Shown here in pieces: positions 20,086 to 29,924 of a stretch of 58,132 nt of DNA (the stretch's first letter is position 1; every line of letters starts with the position of its first letter). The position numbers and the translations under genes are program-made. Location: positions 1-58,132 of IMG/VR virus record IMGVR_UViG_3300008116_000137. The stretch is one strand, 5' to 3'. Source of the stretch: a virus. Its lineage: Duplodnaviria > Caudoviricetes. Under the pieces are notes generated by a model. It did not search any database, had not been told where the DNA came from, and was given only the letters and a program-made list of their open reading frames with translations.

Positions 20086-20235
20086 ATGCCTTTACGATGT
20101 GTTTTGTATACAATTATTTTAGTTGGTGGACTAATTTGGTTATATGATTTTCAGTCAAAGAAATGCGAAGCAGCCGGTGGAATATATGCACCTAACATTT
20201 GTGTAAACCCATCAGCAATTATTGAAATGGATTGA
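20086..20235 (+). CDS. Small membrane-anchored protein (49 aa, not in ORF track)
   Basis: RBS ggag; MPLRCVLYTIILVGGLIWLYDFQSKKCEAAGGIYAPNICVNP... Confidence 0.55.
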   Translation: MPLRCVLYTIILVGGLIWLYDFQSKKCEAAGGIYAPNICVNPSAIIEMD

Positions 20236-20239
20236 TATT

Positions 20240-20518
20240 ATGGATAGGCGTAAACTATTTGCTTTCTTGCCTCTAGCGCCAGCAATCATTGGTGCTTCTA
20301 TTATTAGAAATTCAAACGAAGACGAAAAACCAGAAGATGATATGAATGGTACTATTCGAATAGGATTTGTTAAAAAGAGAGAAACTAAATCATCTAATAT
20401 GTTTTTTTCTGCACCTGAATTAGATCATACAAGACATGTATCTATGTCAGTTGGTAAAGATGGTAATCTTTGGTTAAAGACTGCGAATGGTGATTGGAAA
20501 CGTGTGGTAACTGAATAA
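20240..20518 (+). CDS. Hypothetical protein with twin-arginine-like N-terminus
   Basis: MDRRKLFAFLPLAPA start; ATG 20240 preferred over TTG 20222. Confidence 0.55.
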   Translation: MDRRKLFAFLPLAPAIIGASIIRNSNEDEKPEDDMNGTIRIGFVKKRETKSSNMFFSAPELDHTRHVSMSVGKDGNLWLKTANGDWKRVVTE

Positions 20519-20533
20519 TCAGGAGATTTTATT

Positions 20534-20950
20534 GTGGCTGTACTTGATGATATTATTATAAAACATTGCCTTATCAGTAAAAACCAACCAGACGCTATTG
20601 GTGAAATTCTTAGGAGTTGGGCATTCAAACATGAATATGGTTGCTATTCATGTTTTGATTTAATTGAAGAATTTGAAAAGGTAGAAGTCACACCACGAGA
20701 ATTTAAATTACTTTGGGGTCGTGATTATGATCCAAAGAATAAAGATGATTATTGGGGGTTTGATGAAAAAAATGCATTCGAAGAAATTGAATGGTTCAAG
20801 CACCCTAATGGAATTGAAGTGGGGTGGCATTGGGATGGTGATGGTCTACTAGGGTTTTATGTTCCAGAATTAGAAGACGAATATTATGACGGTTCAATAA
20901 CTAATTCTGATTGTAAAAAGAATTATGGATGGGAATTTGGTGAGAAATGA
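20534..20950 (+). CDS. Hypothetical protein
   Basis: RBS aggag, GTG start, overlaps the gp46 start. Confidence 0.65.
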   Translation: MAVLDDIIIKHCLISKNQPDAIGEILRSWAFKHEYGCYSCFDLIEEFEKVEVTPREFKLLWGRDYDPKNKDDYWGFDEKNAFEEIEWFKHPNGIEVGWHWDGDGLLGFYVPELEDEYYDGSITNSDCKKNYGWEFGEK

Positions 20951-22653
20951 TTTATTTCAAAAAACTAAGGTGGAAAAATTTCTTATCAACAGGGAATGTT
21001 TTCACTGAAATAGAATTGAATAAACATAATACTACGCTTATTGTAGGAGAGAATGGTGCTGGAAAGTCAACTATTCTTGATGCATTGACTTTTGCTTTGT
21101 TCGGAAAGCCTTTTAGGAAAATCAATAAACCACAACTTCTTAATACAATTACTCAAAAAGGTTTGTCAGTAGAGATTGAGTTTTCTATAGGCAAGATAGA
21201 ATATAAAATTGTCAGAGGTATAAAACCAACTGTTTTTGAAGTATATCAGAATGGTTCTTTATTAAATCAATCTGCTGAAAGTAAAGATTATCAAGATATT
21301 TTAGAAAAGCAAATACTAAAGATAAACTATAAATCATTTTGTCAGGTTGTTGTTCTTGGTTCAGCGACATATCAGCCATTCATGCAATTGACTGCTGCAC
21401 AGAGAAGAGAAATAATCGAAGATTTGCTTGATCTTCAAATATTTTCTACCATGAATTCTTTGTTAAAAGATAAAGTTTCTTTTAATACAAAGGATATGTC
21501 GGAATGTGATAAAAATATTGCTGTTGTGTCAGAACGAATTGAAATGACCAAGAAACATTTGATAAAAATTCAAATGGATAACAGTAAATTAATAGAAGAT
21601 AAAAAAGAAAGAATCGAAAAGACAAAGAAAGATATTGACACTCTTTCGGTTCAATTTCAGACAATAACTGATACCATTGAAAAATTATCAAAGAAGACTG
21701 TCAATTTAGATAAATTAAAGTTATCGTCCAAGGAATTGAGTTCTTTAAAAAGTAAAATAGAAAATAAATTTGATTCTTTAAAAGAGGAGATTGATTTTTT
21801 TACTGAAAATGATCAGTGCCCTACATGTAAACAGAATATAGATGTATCTTTCAAAGAGACCACTATAAAAGAAAAGACAAATGAAATATCAACGGTTGAA
21901 AATGGTCTATCTCAACTAATAGACAAGTATCTAAAGGTTCAGAAAAAAATTGAAGACATAATAAAAATAAACGATCAAATAAGTGATAATAAATTTGAAG
22001 CGCACAAAATCAAAACAAAAATAAATTCATTGAATGAATATATAAATGATCTAAATGAAGAAATGTCTTCTATTAAAAATATTGTAAAAACAGAAGATAA
22101 CGTTGATATAAAAGTCTATGAAGAAAAACTGGAAGAGTATAAGGATGAGTATAATAAACTAAAAAATGAAAAGGAATTATATACGTGCGCCGCAACAATG
22201 TTGAAGGATTCTGGTATTAAGTCCAGAATTATTAAACAATACGTTCCTATTATCAATAAGTTTATTAACAAGTATTTGTCATCTATGGAGTTCATGTGTC
22301 AATTTGAACTTGATGAAAACTTTGATGAAGTTATTAAATCAAGATACAGAGATGAATTTTCATATGGGTCTTTTTCAGAAGGAGAAAAGTTTAGAATTAA
22401 TTTAGCTATTCTTTTTACATGGAGATCGATTGCCAAAATGAGAAATTCTATTAACACGAATATTCTTATTTTGGATGAAGTAATGGACTCGTCATTAGAT
22501 GCAAACGGAACAGAAGAATTTCTCAAACTTATTAAGAATTTGTCCAAAGATACAAATATATTCATCATCTCACATAAGAGGGACACTATAATTGATAAGT
22601 TTGAGAATGTTATTAAATTTGAAAAGATACACAACTTTTCTAAGATCGCATAG
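20947..22653 (+). CDS. gp46: Recombination ATPase (Rad50/SbcC-like)
   Basis: GENGAGKS Walker A, CPTC zinc hook, FSEGEK signature, LILDE Walker B. Confidence 0.96.
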   Translation: MIYFKKLRWKNFLSTGNVFTEIELNKHNTTLIVGENGAGKSTILDALTFALFGKPFRKINKPQLLNTITQKGLSVEIEFSIGKIEYKIVRGIKPTVFEVYQNGSLLNQSAESKDYQDILEKQILKINYKSFCQVVVLGSATYQPFMQLTAAQRREIIEDLLDLQIFSTMNSLLKDKVSFNTKDMSECDKNIAVVSERIEMTKKHLIKIQMDNSKLIEDKKERIEKTKKDIDTLSVQFQTITDTIEKLSKKTVNLDKLKLSSKELSSLKSKIENKFDSLKEEIDFFTENDQCPTCKQNIDVSFKETTIKEKTNEISTVENGLSQLIDKYLKVQKKIEDIIKINDQISDNKFEAHKIKTKINSLNEYINDLNEEMSSIKNIVKTEDNVDIKVYEEKLEEYKDEYNKLKNEKELYTCAATMLKDSGIKSRIIKQYVPIINKFINKYLSSMEFMCQFELDENFDEVIKSRYRDEFSYGSFSEGEKFRINLAILFTWRSIAKMRNSINTNILILDEVMDSSLDANGTEEFLKLIKNLSKDTNIFIISHKRDTIIDKFENVIKFEKIHNFSKIA

Positions 22654-22661
22654 GTATTAAA

Positions 22662-23144
22662 ATGACAATAGAATTAGTAAAGAATTCTGATCCTATTTTA
22701 ACTGAAAGATGTCAAGAGGTGGATTTTGATAATCCTCCTTTTGATTTAATTGAATTCGCACATGAACTTGTTAAATTTATGTACGAAAGAAATGGTCTTG
22801 GATTGGCTGCAAATCAAATTGGTATTCCGTATCGAATATTTGCAATGAGAAGTCATCCAGAAAATTTTGTATGTATCAATCCTAAGATTGTTCAGCCGTC
22901 TGCCGAAACAATTGTTCTTGAAGAAGGATGTTTATCATATCCAAATTTAATTGTAAAGGTAAAAAGACCTAGACATGTTCGTGTTAGGTTTAATACACCA
23001 AATGGTGAGACTCTTACAAAAACATTTACAGGTATGTCAGCGAGAGTTTTTCAACACGAATTAGATCATCTTGATGGTAAAATATTCTATCAACAGGCTA
23101 ATAAATTTCATCGTGATCAAGCTTTAAGAAAGTGGAAAAAATGA
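22662..23144 (+). CDS. def: Peptide deformylase
   Basis: GLGLAANQIG, EGCLS, QHELDHLDG motifs. Confidence 0.95.
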   Translation: MTIELVKNSDPILTERCQEVDFDNPPFDLIEFAHELVKFMYERNGLGLAANQIGIPYRIFAMRSHPENFVCINPKIVQPSAETIVLEEGCLSYPNLIVKVKRPRHVRVRFNTPNGETLTKTFTGMSARVFQHELDHLDGKIFYQQANKFHRDQALRKWKK

Positions 23145-23437
23145 GATATTTTGATTTTGAGTCTTTAGCAATTATGAAGCAACATTATATAAGTGGATTA
23201 ATTATATTTTTTGCATTTGTACTTTATTATGTTTTGGTGAGAAGATTAGATCGTGAATAAATTCCTAAAATACTGTAGATATTCCAACATTCAGATAGCA
23301 TTAAATTTAAATCCATTGACATGGGGGTTCGCATATGATTATGGTGGACCAACACAGATGGACCCTGGATTATATCATTTGACATTCAAATTTATCTGTG
23401 TTAGAATGTCTTTCGTTTTTGATGATGGGAGTTGGTA

Positions 23438-23925
23438 GTGAACATCTTTTATATCGATGCTGATCCTATTCAAGCTGCACAGTGGATGGTGGATAAACAT
23501 GTTGTTAAAATGATTCTTGAATCAGCACAACTGTTGTCCACCGCTCACCGTGTTCTTGATGGTATTGAAAGTATTGGAACAAGTCCTTCTGGGAGAAGCA
23601 AGAAGATATGGGAGTTCATCCATCTGCTATATGGTGCCGCAGTAGCATCCAGAATTATGATTGGTTGGTAGAACATATGTTTGCTCTTATGGGCGAATAT
23701 ACCCATCGTTATGGTAAAACACATAAATGTCAGGGCGAATTGTCATATATGCTCCAATCGCCACCAAAGAAACTTGAAGACTATGATTGGACACCCATGC
23801 CTTCATGTATGGATGATAAGTATATTATTTCAAGTGATCCTTTGATTAACTACCGTAACTATTATATTAACGGAAAGTCCGATCTTCATAAGTGGACTAA
23901 ACGTGAAAAGCCTGAATGGATTTAA
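23438..23925 (+). pseudogene. Pyrimidine-dimer glycosylase (DenV/PDG-like) family gene split by a deletion-frameshift near 23616
   Basis: N-half MNIFY..DKHVVKMILESAQLLSTAH and C-half HPSAIWCR..NY.WL..EYTHRYGKTH..YRNYY lie in different frames. Confidence 0.75.
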
Positions 23926-23938
23926 TTGGAGATAAAAT

Positions 23939-24316
23939 ATGTTTAATGAAGTGAAAGATTTTCATATTGCTTTTGGACAGCGTGTAGGTTCAAAACCAGA
24001 ATTACCTGATCTACCAGAACGTGAGTTACGAATGAGTCTTCTGGTAGAAGAATATGCAGAATATTTAAAAGCAGAAAGTGATAATGATATTGTAGAGATT
24101 GCTGATGCTCTTGCTGATATGATTTACATTATTTGTGGAACCGCCGTATCTTATGGTATTCCATTAGACGTTATCTATAACGAAGTCCATCAGTCTAATA
24201 TGAATAAACTAATTGATGGAAAAGTTTTAAGACGTGAGGATGGTAAGGTTCAGAAGCCAGAAGGTTGGCAACCACCAAACATTAAAAAAATTCTAGATGA
24301 ATGGGGTAATAAGTGA
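23939..24316 (+). CDS. MazG-like / PRA-PH-like NTP pyrophosphohydrolase
   Basis: EEYAE, EIADALADMIY, EVHQSNMNK, REDGKV.KP motifs. Confidence 0.85.
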   Translation: MFNEVKDFHIAFGQRVGSKPELPDLPERELRMSLLVEEYAEYLKAESDNDIVEIADALADMIYIICGTAVSYGIPLDVIYNEVHQSNMNKLIDGKVLRREDGKVQKPEGWQPPNIKKILDEWGNK

Positions 24317-24606
24317 AAAAGGCGAAAGATATTCCATATAAATATGCGGAAGGTCAGATTATTTCTGACTTTCAGGCGTATATAGATAAGACTTACCAAG
24401 AGCATTACAAGACAGAAGACAAAGGTATTGAGTGCTTCGATGCATGGATTGCTCTTGGTGAGTCTACTCCAACATTCAGAAATACTGCATTAAAGTATTT
24501 GTGGAGGTATGGAAAGAAGAATGGCAACAACAAAGACGATTTGATGAAGACATTACATTATGTATTGATGTGTCTTTATGTAGATCATTACAAAAAAGGT
24601 GATTAA
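24313..24606 (+). CDS. DUF3310-like conserved T4-like protein
   Basis: YIDKTY.EHY, N.LKYLWRYGKKNG..DDLMK.LHY. Confidence 0.7.
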   Translation: MKKAKDIPYKYAEGQIISDFQAYIDKTYQEHYKTEDKGIECFDAWIALGESTPTFRNTALKYLWRYGKKNGNNKDDLMKTLHYVLMCLYVDHYKKGD

Positions 24607-24609
24607 ACA

Positions 24610-25482
24610 ATGGAAATCAAAGTACCAGTAGAAGAATTACGCAAGAATAAGTTATTTTTTGCAACACCAATGTATGGTGGTCAGTGTGCAGGAATGTTTG
24701 CAAGATCAATTGCTGATTTATCAGCACTATGCACACATTATGGTATCCCTCTTCAGTTTTATTTTCTATTCAACGAGTCATTAATTACACGAGCACGAAA
24801 TTATTGTGTTGACGAGTTTATGCGTTCTGATGCAACACATCTAATGTTCGTTGACTCTGATATCGGTTTCAATCCAAATGATGTTCTAGCACTAATGGCA
24901 CTATCAAAGGAAGGTTCTGAATACGATATCATTGGTGGTCCATATCCAAAGAAGTGTATTTCTTGGGAGAAGGTAAAGGCGGCTGTTGACAAGGGTGTTG
25001 CTGACGAGAATCCAAATGTGTTGGAGAAGTTTGTCGGTGATTATGTCTTCAATCCAAAGGGCGGTGCTACCAGTATTCCATTAGGTCAGCCTGTAGAAGT
25101 TCTTGAAATTGGAACTGGTTTCATGATGGCACGAAAGAATACTTTTAACAAGTTCGCAGAAGCATTTCCTCAGTATGCATATCGTCCAGATCATGTTCGC
25201 ACAGAGCATTTTGATGGCACACGAAAGATTATGCAGTATTTCCAGGCAGAGATTGATCCAAAGTCAGAACGCTATCTATCAGAAGATTATTGGTTCTGTC
25301 AGAAGGTTCAGGAAATCGGTCTAAAGACATGGTTCTGCCCATGGATGCAGATGCAGCATGTAGGCACATATATCTTTGGTGGGTCATTAGCTGATCTAGC
25401 TTCTATTGGTGCTTCTGCAACAGCCGATCCTAACAATCTAGGTGGAAAGAGTACTTCTACTCCTAAAAAGAAGAAGAAGTAA
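24610..25482 (+). CDS. GT-A-fold glycosyltransferase-like protein
   Basis: ATPMYGG, NESLITRARN, FVDSDI (DxD), GTGFM, YLSEDYWFC motifs. Confidence 0.7.
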   Translation: MEIKVPVEELRKNKLFFATPMYGGQCAGMFARSIADLSALCTHYGIPLQFYFLFNESLITRARNYCVDEFMRSDATHLMFVDSDIGFNPNDVLALMALSKEGSEYDIIGGPYPKKCISWEKVKAAVDKGVADENPNVLEKFVGDYVFNPKGGATSIPLGQPVEVLEIGTGFMMARKNTFNKFAEAFPQYAYRPDHVRTEHFDGTRKIMQYFQAEIDPKSERYLSEDYWFCQKVQEIGLKTWFCPWMQMQHVGTYIFGGSLADLASIGASATADPNNLGGKSTSTPKKKKK

Positions 25483-25507
25483 ATTATATAATTGAAAAGG
25501 ATATATT

Positions 25508-26164
25508 ATGAATATTGATGTTACCACATTAAATGTGTTGAAAAACTTTTCGGCTATTCATCCATCAATCATTATTGAGAAGGGAAATGTTCTAAAGACA
25601 ATTTCTTCCAATAAGACAATGATGGCAAAGGCAAAGATCGAACAGTCTTTTGATAAGACATTCGGTCTTTGCGACATCTCAAACTTTATTTCTGTTCTTT
25701 CGATGTTTGAGAATCCAGTTCTTAATTTTGATGAAAGTGAATCTTATGTAAAGATTACATCAGAAGATGATACAAGGTCTATCAAGTATGTATTTTCTGA
25801 AATGTCTCTTATTGAAGAAGCACCGGATACTATTAGAATTGGAGACATTATTGTATCTTTTTCATTAACTGAAAAGACACTTGTAGAATTGACAAAGGCT
25901 ATTGGTATCTTTAAGGTAGATGAAGTTACCATCATCGGTGATGGTGATAATATTACAATTAATGTTATCGATAATAAGAGATCAGGTTCTGAATATAGTG
26001 ATGTGATTGGTAAAACAGACAAAGTTTTCAAAGCATTTTTCAGAAAAGAAAATCTTATCATTCGACCAAATACATATGAAGTGAAGATGTCTGCACAAGC
26101 TGCACATCTTTCACATCCTGATATTGAGTATTGGATTGCAGTAGAGCATCATTCGAAATTTTAA
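25508..26164 (+). CDS. gp45: Sliding clamp
   Basis: TLNVLKNFSAI.PSI start, YWIAVE end; precedes clamp loader. Confidence 0.88.
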   Translation: MNIDVTTLNVLKNFSAIHPSIIIEKGNVLKTISSNKTMMAKAKIEQSFDKTFGLCDISNFISVLSMFENPVLNFDESESYVKITSEDDTRSIKYVFSEMSLIEEAPDTIRIGDIIVSFSLTEKTLVELTKAIGIFKVDEVTIIGDGDNITINVIDNKRSGSEYSDVIGKTDKVFKAFFRKENLIIRPNTYEVKMSAQAAHLSHPDIEYWIAVEHHSKF

Positions 26165-26202
26165 TTTCGAAATTTTATTATGATAATGTGAAAGGACAAA
26201 GT

Positions 26203-27138
26203 ATGAAGGACTATTTGTGGGTTGAGAAATATCGACCAAAGACAATTTCAGATACTATTCTTCCTTCTGAATTAAAAGCTACATTCAATCAGTTTGTAGA
26301 GCAAAAGAACATTCCAAATCTTATTCTAGCTGGTTCTGCTGGTGTTGGTAAAACAACAGTTGCACGGGCATTATTGAATGAGATTAAAGCAGACTATACT
26401 ATTATCAACGGTAGTATGAATGGTAATATCGATACTCTTCGTAACGATATTCAAATGTTTGCTTCTGCTGTTTCTTTTTCGGGTGGAAGAAAGTATGTGA
26501 TTCTGGATGAGGCTGATTATCTCAACCCAAATTCTACACAACCAGCACTACGTAATTTCATGGAGGAATTCTCCAAGAATTGTGGATTTATTCTAACTTG
26601 TAATTATAAGAACAGGATTATTCCTCCTCTTCATTCACGTTGTTCTGTGATCGATTTTACTCTTGATAAGAATGATATACCAAAATTAGCTTCTCAGTTT
26701 TTCAAGCGTGTATGTTCTATTCTTGAAACTGAAGATATCCAGTATTCTAAAGAAGTTATTGCTGCTATCATTGAGAAATTCTTTCCAGATTTTCGTCGTG
26801 TTTTGAATGAACTTCAGCGATATTCTGTGAATGGTGAGATTGATACAGGTATTCTTTCTAACTTCACACAGAATGGTTATCGTGAATTAGTCGATCTTAT
26901 GAAAGATAAGAACTTCACAGAGGTCAGGCGTTGGGTTGCTGAAAACACAAATAATGACACAGATACATTATTTTCTGATCTATATAATAATTCTAATGAA
27001 TATTTCTCTAACAGATCAATTCCTCAACTAATTCTTATTTTGGCAAAGTATCAGTATCAGGCGGCGTTTGTGGCAAACCATGAGATCAATCTTTCTGCAT
27101 GTATGGCAGAAATTATGTCAGATTGTGAGTTTAAGTAA
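26203..27138 (+). CDS. gp44: Clamp loader large subunit (start corrected to ATG 26203)
   Basis: LWVEKYRP, GSAGVGKTT, ILDEAD, SRC motifs. Confidence 0.95.
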   Translation: MKDYLWVEKYRPKTISDTILPSELKATFNQFVEQKNIPNLILAGSAGVGKTTVARALLNEIKADYTIINGSMNGNIDTLRNDIQMFASAVSFSGGRKYVILDEADYLNPNSTQPALRNFMEEFSKNCGFILTCNYKNRIIPPLHSRCSVIDFTLDKNDIPKLASQFFKRVCSILETEDIQYSKEVIAAIIEKFFPDFRRVLNELQRYSVNGEIDTGILSNFTQNGYRELVDLMKDKNFTEVRRWVAENTNNDTDTLFSDLYNNSNEYFSNRSIPQLILILAKYQYQAAFVANHEINLSACMAEIMSDCEFK

Positions 27139-27311
27139 TGGACGAAGAAGAGAAGAAGAAGCAAGAAAGTAAAAAGTTTGATCTTGAAATGGCAGAAATC
27201 ATATGGATGAAGGTGAAGGGTTGTAAAATACCTGAATCATATTCTGAAGAGGATAAACTTTCCATTTTGAAACGATATTGGCATAGAGCTATGGAAAAGG
27301 AAGATTATTGA
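27138..27311 (+). CDS. Small hypothetical protein between gp44 and gp62 (57 aa, not in ORF track)
   Basis: TAATG and TGATG coupling on both sides; MDEEEKKKQESKKFDLEMAEIIWMKVKG... Confidence 0.65.
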   Translation: MDEEEKKKQESKKFDLEMAEIIWMKVKGCKIPESYSEEDKLSILKRYWHRAMEKEDY

Positions 27312-27718
27312 TGGAACAGGCAATCAAGCGTGAGCAGCCACTATTCCAATATCTAAATTCAATCAACTACCATAAGGATTATCTTATGGAGACTACTCTT
27401 TCACCTGCTGACTATAACCCCTATCAGATCAATAGGGGTCTTTCTTATTTCATTGATACTATTATGTATTCTAACGAAATGAATATGAGTTATCATATTT
27501 CCAAGAAGATGCAGCATGATTTCTTCTTTTATGGTATAAATCCACGTCGAAGATTCTCTAAGTGGTTCAAATCAATACATTCAGATGACTTTTCTTGCGT
27601 TAAAGAATACTATAAATATAATGATCAGAGGACCAAAGAGGCTTTGGAAATCTTATCCAAGAGTCAAATAGATGAAATAAGAAGAAAATTAGAAAAAGGT
27701 GGACAAGTAAATGATTGA
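27311..27718 (+). CDS. gp62: Clamp loader small subunit
   Basis: YLNSIN..K, YNPY.INRGLSYF.DT, RRRFSKW motifs. Confidence 0.9.
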   Translation: MEQAIKREQPLFQYLNSINYHKDYLMETTLSPADYNPYQINRGLSYFIDTIMYSNEMNMSYHISKKMQHDFFFYGINPRRRFSKWFKSIHSDDFSCVKEYYKYNDQRTKEALEILSKSQIDEIRRKLEKGGQVND

Positions 27719-28121
27719 TTTAAATTCTTTAATTGAAGTGAGGATAGGTGAGCAGGAAGACTTTCTAAAGATCAAGGAAACCCTTACACGTATAGGTATT
27801 GCCTCTCGTAAAGAGAAAAAGCTATATCAGTCTTGTCACATCCTTCATAAACAGGGTAAATATTATATCGTACATTTTAAAGAAATGTTTTCATTAGATG
27901 GAAAGCCAACAAATTTCTCAGATGACGATACGGCAAGAAGAAACAGAATTGCATGTCTTTTAGAAGATTGGGGTCTATTAAAGATTATCGACCGTGACCT
28001 AATCGAAGATAAACAGGCACCTATGTCTCAAATTAAAATCATTAATCATAAAGAAAAAAATGAATGGGAACTGGTCGCCAAATATAACATCGGTAAACGA
28101 GGTTCAGGAGACAGAAATTGA
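27711..28121 (+). CDS. regA: Translational repressor RegA
   Basis: DFLKIKETLTRIGIAS, LYQSCHILHKQGKYYIVHFKE. Confidence 0.96.
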   Translation: MIDLNSLIEVRIGEQEDFLKIKETLTRIGIASRKEKKLYQSCHILHKQGKYYIVHFKEMFSLDGKPTNFSDDDTARRNRIACLLEDWGLLKIIDRDLIEDKQAPMSQIKIINHKEKNEWELVAKYNIGKRGSGDRN

Positions 28122-28315
28122 AAAACAGCAACTTCATAGAAGAACAGCCAGTTAATTTGGATAGTGTTTTAACCAAGCTTGATAAAATTAAAGATGATAA
28201 TATGAGGTTGCAAAATCAAATGAACCATTGTGCAGTATCATTTTTAGTCGAGAGACTAGACGGTTCTTTAAAAGATATAAGAAGCATTTTTGCAGATAAA
28301 AAAAGGGAGTTTTAA
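28118..28315 (+). CDS. Hypothetical protein
   Basis: RBS aggag, TTG start overlapping the regA stop. Confidence 0.5.
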   Translation: MKNSNFIEEQPVNLDSVLTKLDKIKDDNMRLQNQMNHCAVSFLVERLDGSLKDIRSIFADKKREF

Positions 28316-28327
28316 AACTCCCTTTAT
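28299..28327. terminator. Bidirectional terminator between convergent units
   Basis: aaagggagttt-taa-aactcccttt flanked by A and T runs. Confidence 0.8.
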
Positions 28328-28563
28328 CCTTTTATAATATAGTATGAATTAGTAGAATATATCGATGTATTGACCCAATAAGAAGTATATCCGGTATTAG
28401 GTTCTGGCCTTTGGACCTTTTGAATCATTATTTCTGTTTGTGTCAACCTTTCTAACCTTTCCAACCTTTCATTCAACTGAATGACAACATCTATTAATTT
28501 TTGATAATCGTAATCAAATCCACCCGCCATTGAATTTGTTTCTATATTTTCAAGTTCTTTCAT
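28324..28563 (-). CDS. Hypothetical protein with short ERL coiled-coil repeat
   Basis: RBS gagg; last gene of the minus-strand operon. Confidence 0.6.
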   Translation of the reverse strand: MKELENIETNSMAGGFDYDYQKLIDVVIQLNERLERLERLTQTEIMIQKVQRPEPNTGYTSYWVNTSIYSTNSYYIIKG

Positions 28564-28570
28564 TTGAACC

Positions 28571-28819
28571 TCAAATTTTTGTAGATTTGGCAGACCAACC
28601 TGAAAGATTCAAATTAATATTTTGATCTGGTCTTGTGTTTCTATTTCTTAAGTATTCTGCGATAGCTTCACGTATAATCTCTGATGGGTCTCTTCCTACA
28701 GATGCAGCATAATCAAAAAGTCTATTTCTCAAAGATTCAGAACATCTAAATGATGTAACTCTGTTGGACATACCATATTTGTTTGTATACACCGCAGATG
28801 TGTCTGGATCATTTGGCAC
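28571..28819 (-). CDS. Ribbon-helix-helix (CopG-like) DNA-binding protein
   Basis: VTSFRCSESLRNRLFDYAASVGRDPSEIIREAIAEYL fits the RHH pattern. Confidence 0.75.
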   Translation of the reverse strand: MPNDPDTSAVYTNKYGMSNRVTSFRCSESLRNRLFDYAASVGRDPSEIIREAIAEYLRNRNTRPDQNINLNLSGWSAKSTKI

Positions 28820-29067
28820 TATTTATCACCTTTTTTTATTTTTTTATCTACCATATCACCGACGATTCTATCGGCAATACTGTAAAAAAACATTGCTGTT
28901 TCTTTTTCACCCATGTTGTCAATATATCGTTTAATGATAACAGCCTGGATCGCACTGATGGCTGTTATCATATCTTTTTTGTTGTCAATTTCGTATGTAT
29001 CGACTATCTCATCGAAAATAGCAACCATTTCTCTTTTGATACAATCGACAAGTTGTCTTTCTTCCAT
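28819..29067 (-). CDS. Hypothetical protein
   Basis: Coupled within the minus-strand operon. Confidence 0.6.
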   Translation of the reverse strand: MEERQLVDCIKREMVAIFDEIVDTYEIDNKKDMITAISAIQAVIIKRYIDNMGEKETAMFFYSIADRIVGDMVDKKIKKGDK

Positions 29068-29076
29068 CGAAGATTC

Positions 29077-29301
29077 CTAGTTTAGTGTGTAGGATGGAAC
29101 CCCATCATTAAAATACTGATGCTTCTTTTCAAGCATATCATTTGCTGCATGAGCGACAGACCTTAGAATGTATTCAAGAGCATCATCTGTTACTGTCATT
29201 TCACCATCGACAATTTCATTGTCATCATGAAGACGTGTATATTTTGCAAAAATATCAACCACGTCATTATAAATGGCATCATAAATTTCACGATCATTCA
29301 T
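29077..29301 (-). CDS. Hypothetical protein
   Basis: RBS aagga upstream; in the minus-strand operon. Confidence 0.6.
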   Translation of the reverse strand: MNDREIYDAIYNDVVDIFAKYTRLHDDNEIVDGEMTVTDDALEYILRSVAHAANDMLEKKHQYFNDGVPSYTLN

Positions 29302-29319
29302 ACTTATGTTCCTTTCAAA

Positions 29320-29351
29320 GAAAGAGGTAGGATTTGTCGTCCTACCTCTTT
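29320..29351 (-). terminator. Hairpin terminator/attenuator after the wHTH gene
   Basis: aaagaggtagga...tcctacctcttt inverted repeat. Confidence 0.7.
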
Positions 29352-29375
29352 ATATTGTCAATTATATTCTATTGA

Positions 29376-29591
29376 TTAGCCAATAGAATACTTATACTTG
29401 ACATTACCACGCTTGTCTACGGTAGTGTTGCTCTCGACCTTTAGACCATAGATGCTGCGAAGACGCCTTACAGCAGAACGAACTGATTCTGACGAAGCAA
29501 AACCAAAGCGATCCATAGCCTGTTGAGTTGAAAGAGACTGTCCCTTCTCAAGAGCCTTTGCTAGACGTTCGGTCATTGTAGTTGTAGCCAT
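29376..29591 (-). CDS. Small winged helix-turn-helix DNA-binding protein
   Basis: L..G.SLS..QA..RFG...VR.AV.RLR..G..V pattern; own promoter (TTGACA ending about 29680 on the minus strand). Confidence 0.7.
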   Translation of the reverse strand: MATTTMTERLAKALEKGQSLSTQQAMDRFGFASSESVRSAVRRLRSIYGLKVESNTTVDKRGNVKYKYSIG

Positions 29592-29702
29592 ATTTTATTC
29601 ACCTTTCATATTAGAAATAATCAATCGTGGAACCATTTCCACGATGACAATATAATAATCCATGAAGCACTCCTTGTCAAGTGGGTAGTCGAATATTTTT
29701 TC

Positions 29703-29803
29703 GACCTTTGGACCTTTAGACCTTTGAACCTTACAATTAGCCTTGACCTTGACCTTATTGTTACAACCTTCTGAGTTATCTTCTAACCTAAGAATATAAC
29801 CTT
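29703..29803 (+). repeat. ACCTT/GACCTT short-repeat array
   Basis: 8 ACCTT copies, first four at 8-bp spacing. Confidence 0.85.
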
Positions 29804-29825
29804 ACTCTTGTGCCAGAACCAGGCA

Positions 29826-29924
29826 TCAAAAACTTACAGGATTAATTGATAACGCCAAAACTATACTGAAAAGGATTATTATCAGTGAACTCATGATTAT
29901 AATGACTAGCATATTATAAATCAT
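29826..29924 (-). CDS. 32-aa single-pass membrane peptide (not in ORF track)
   Basis: Strong RBS aaggagg; MIYNMLVIIIMSSLIIILFSIVLALSINPVSF. Confidence 0.55.
   Translation of the reverse strand: MIYNMLVIIIMSSLIIILFSIVLALSINPVSF

Noticed and set aside
3772-22653. Introns, inteins or homing endonucleases in core genes
   Set aside because: gp17, gp20, gp23, uvsW, gp47 and gp46 are contiguous and of ordinary length; no intein or endonuclease motifs seen
23600-23625. Programmed ribosomal frameshift in the DenV-like gene
   Set aside because: No slippery heptamer, and conserved residues appear to be missing; a deletion explains it better
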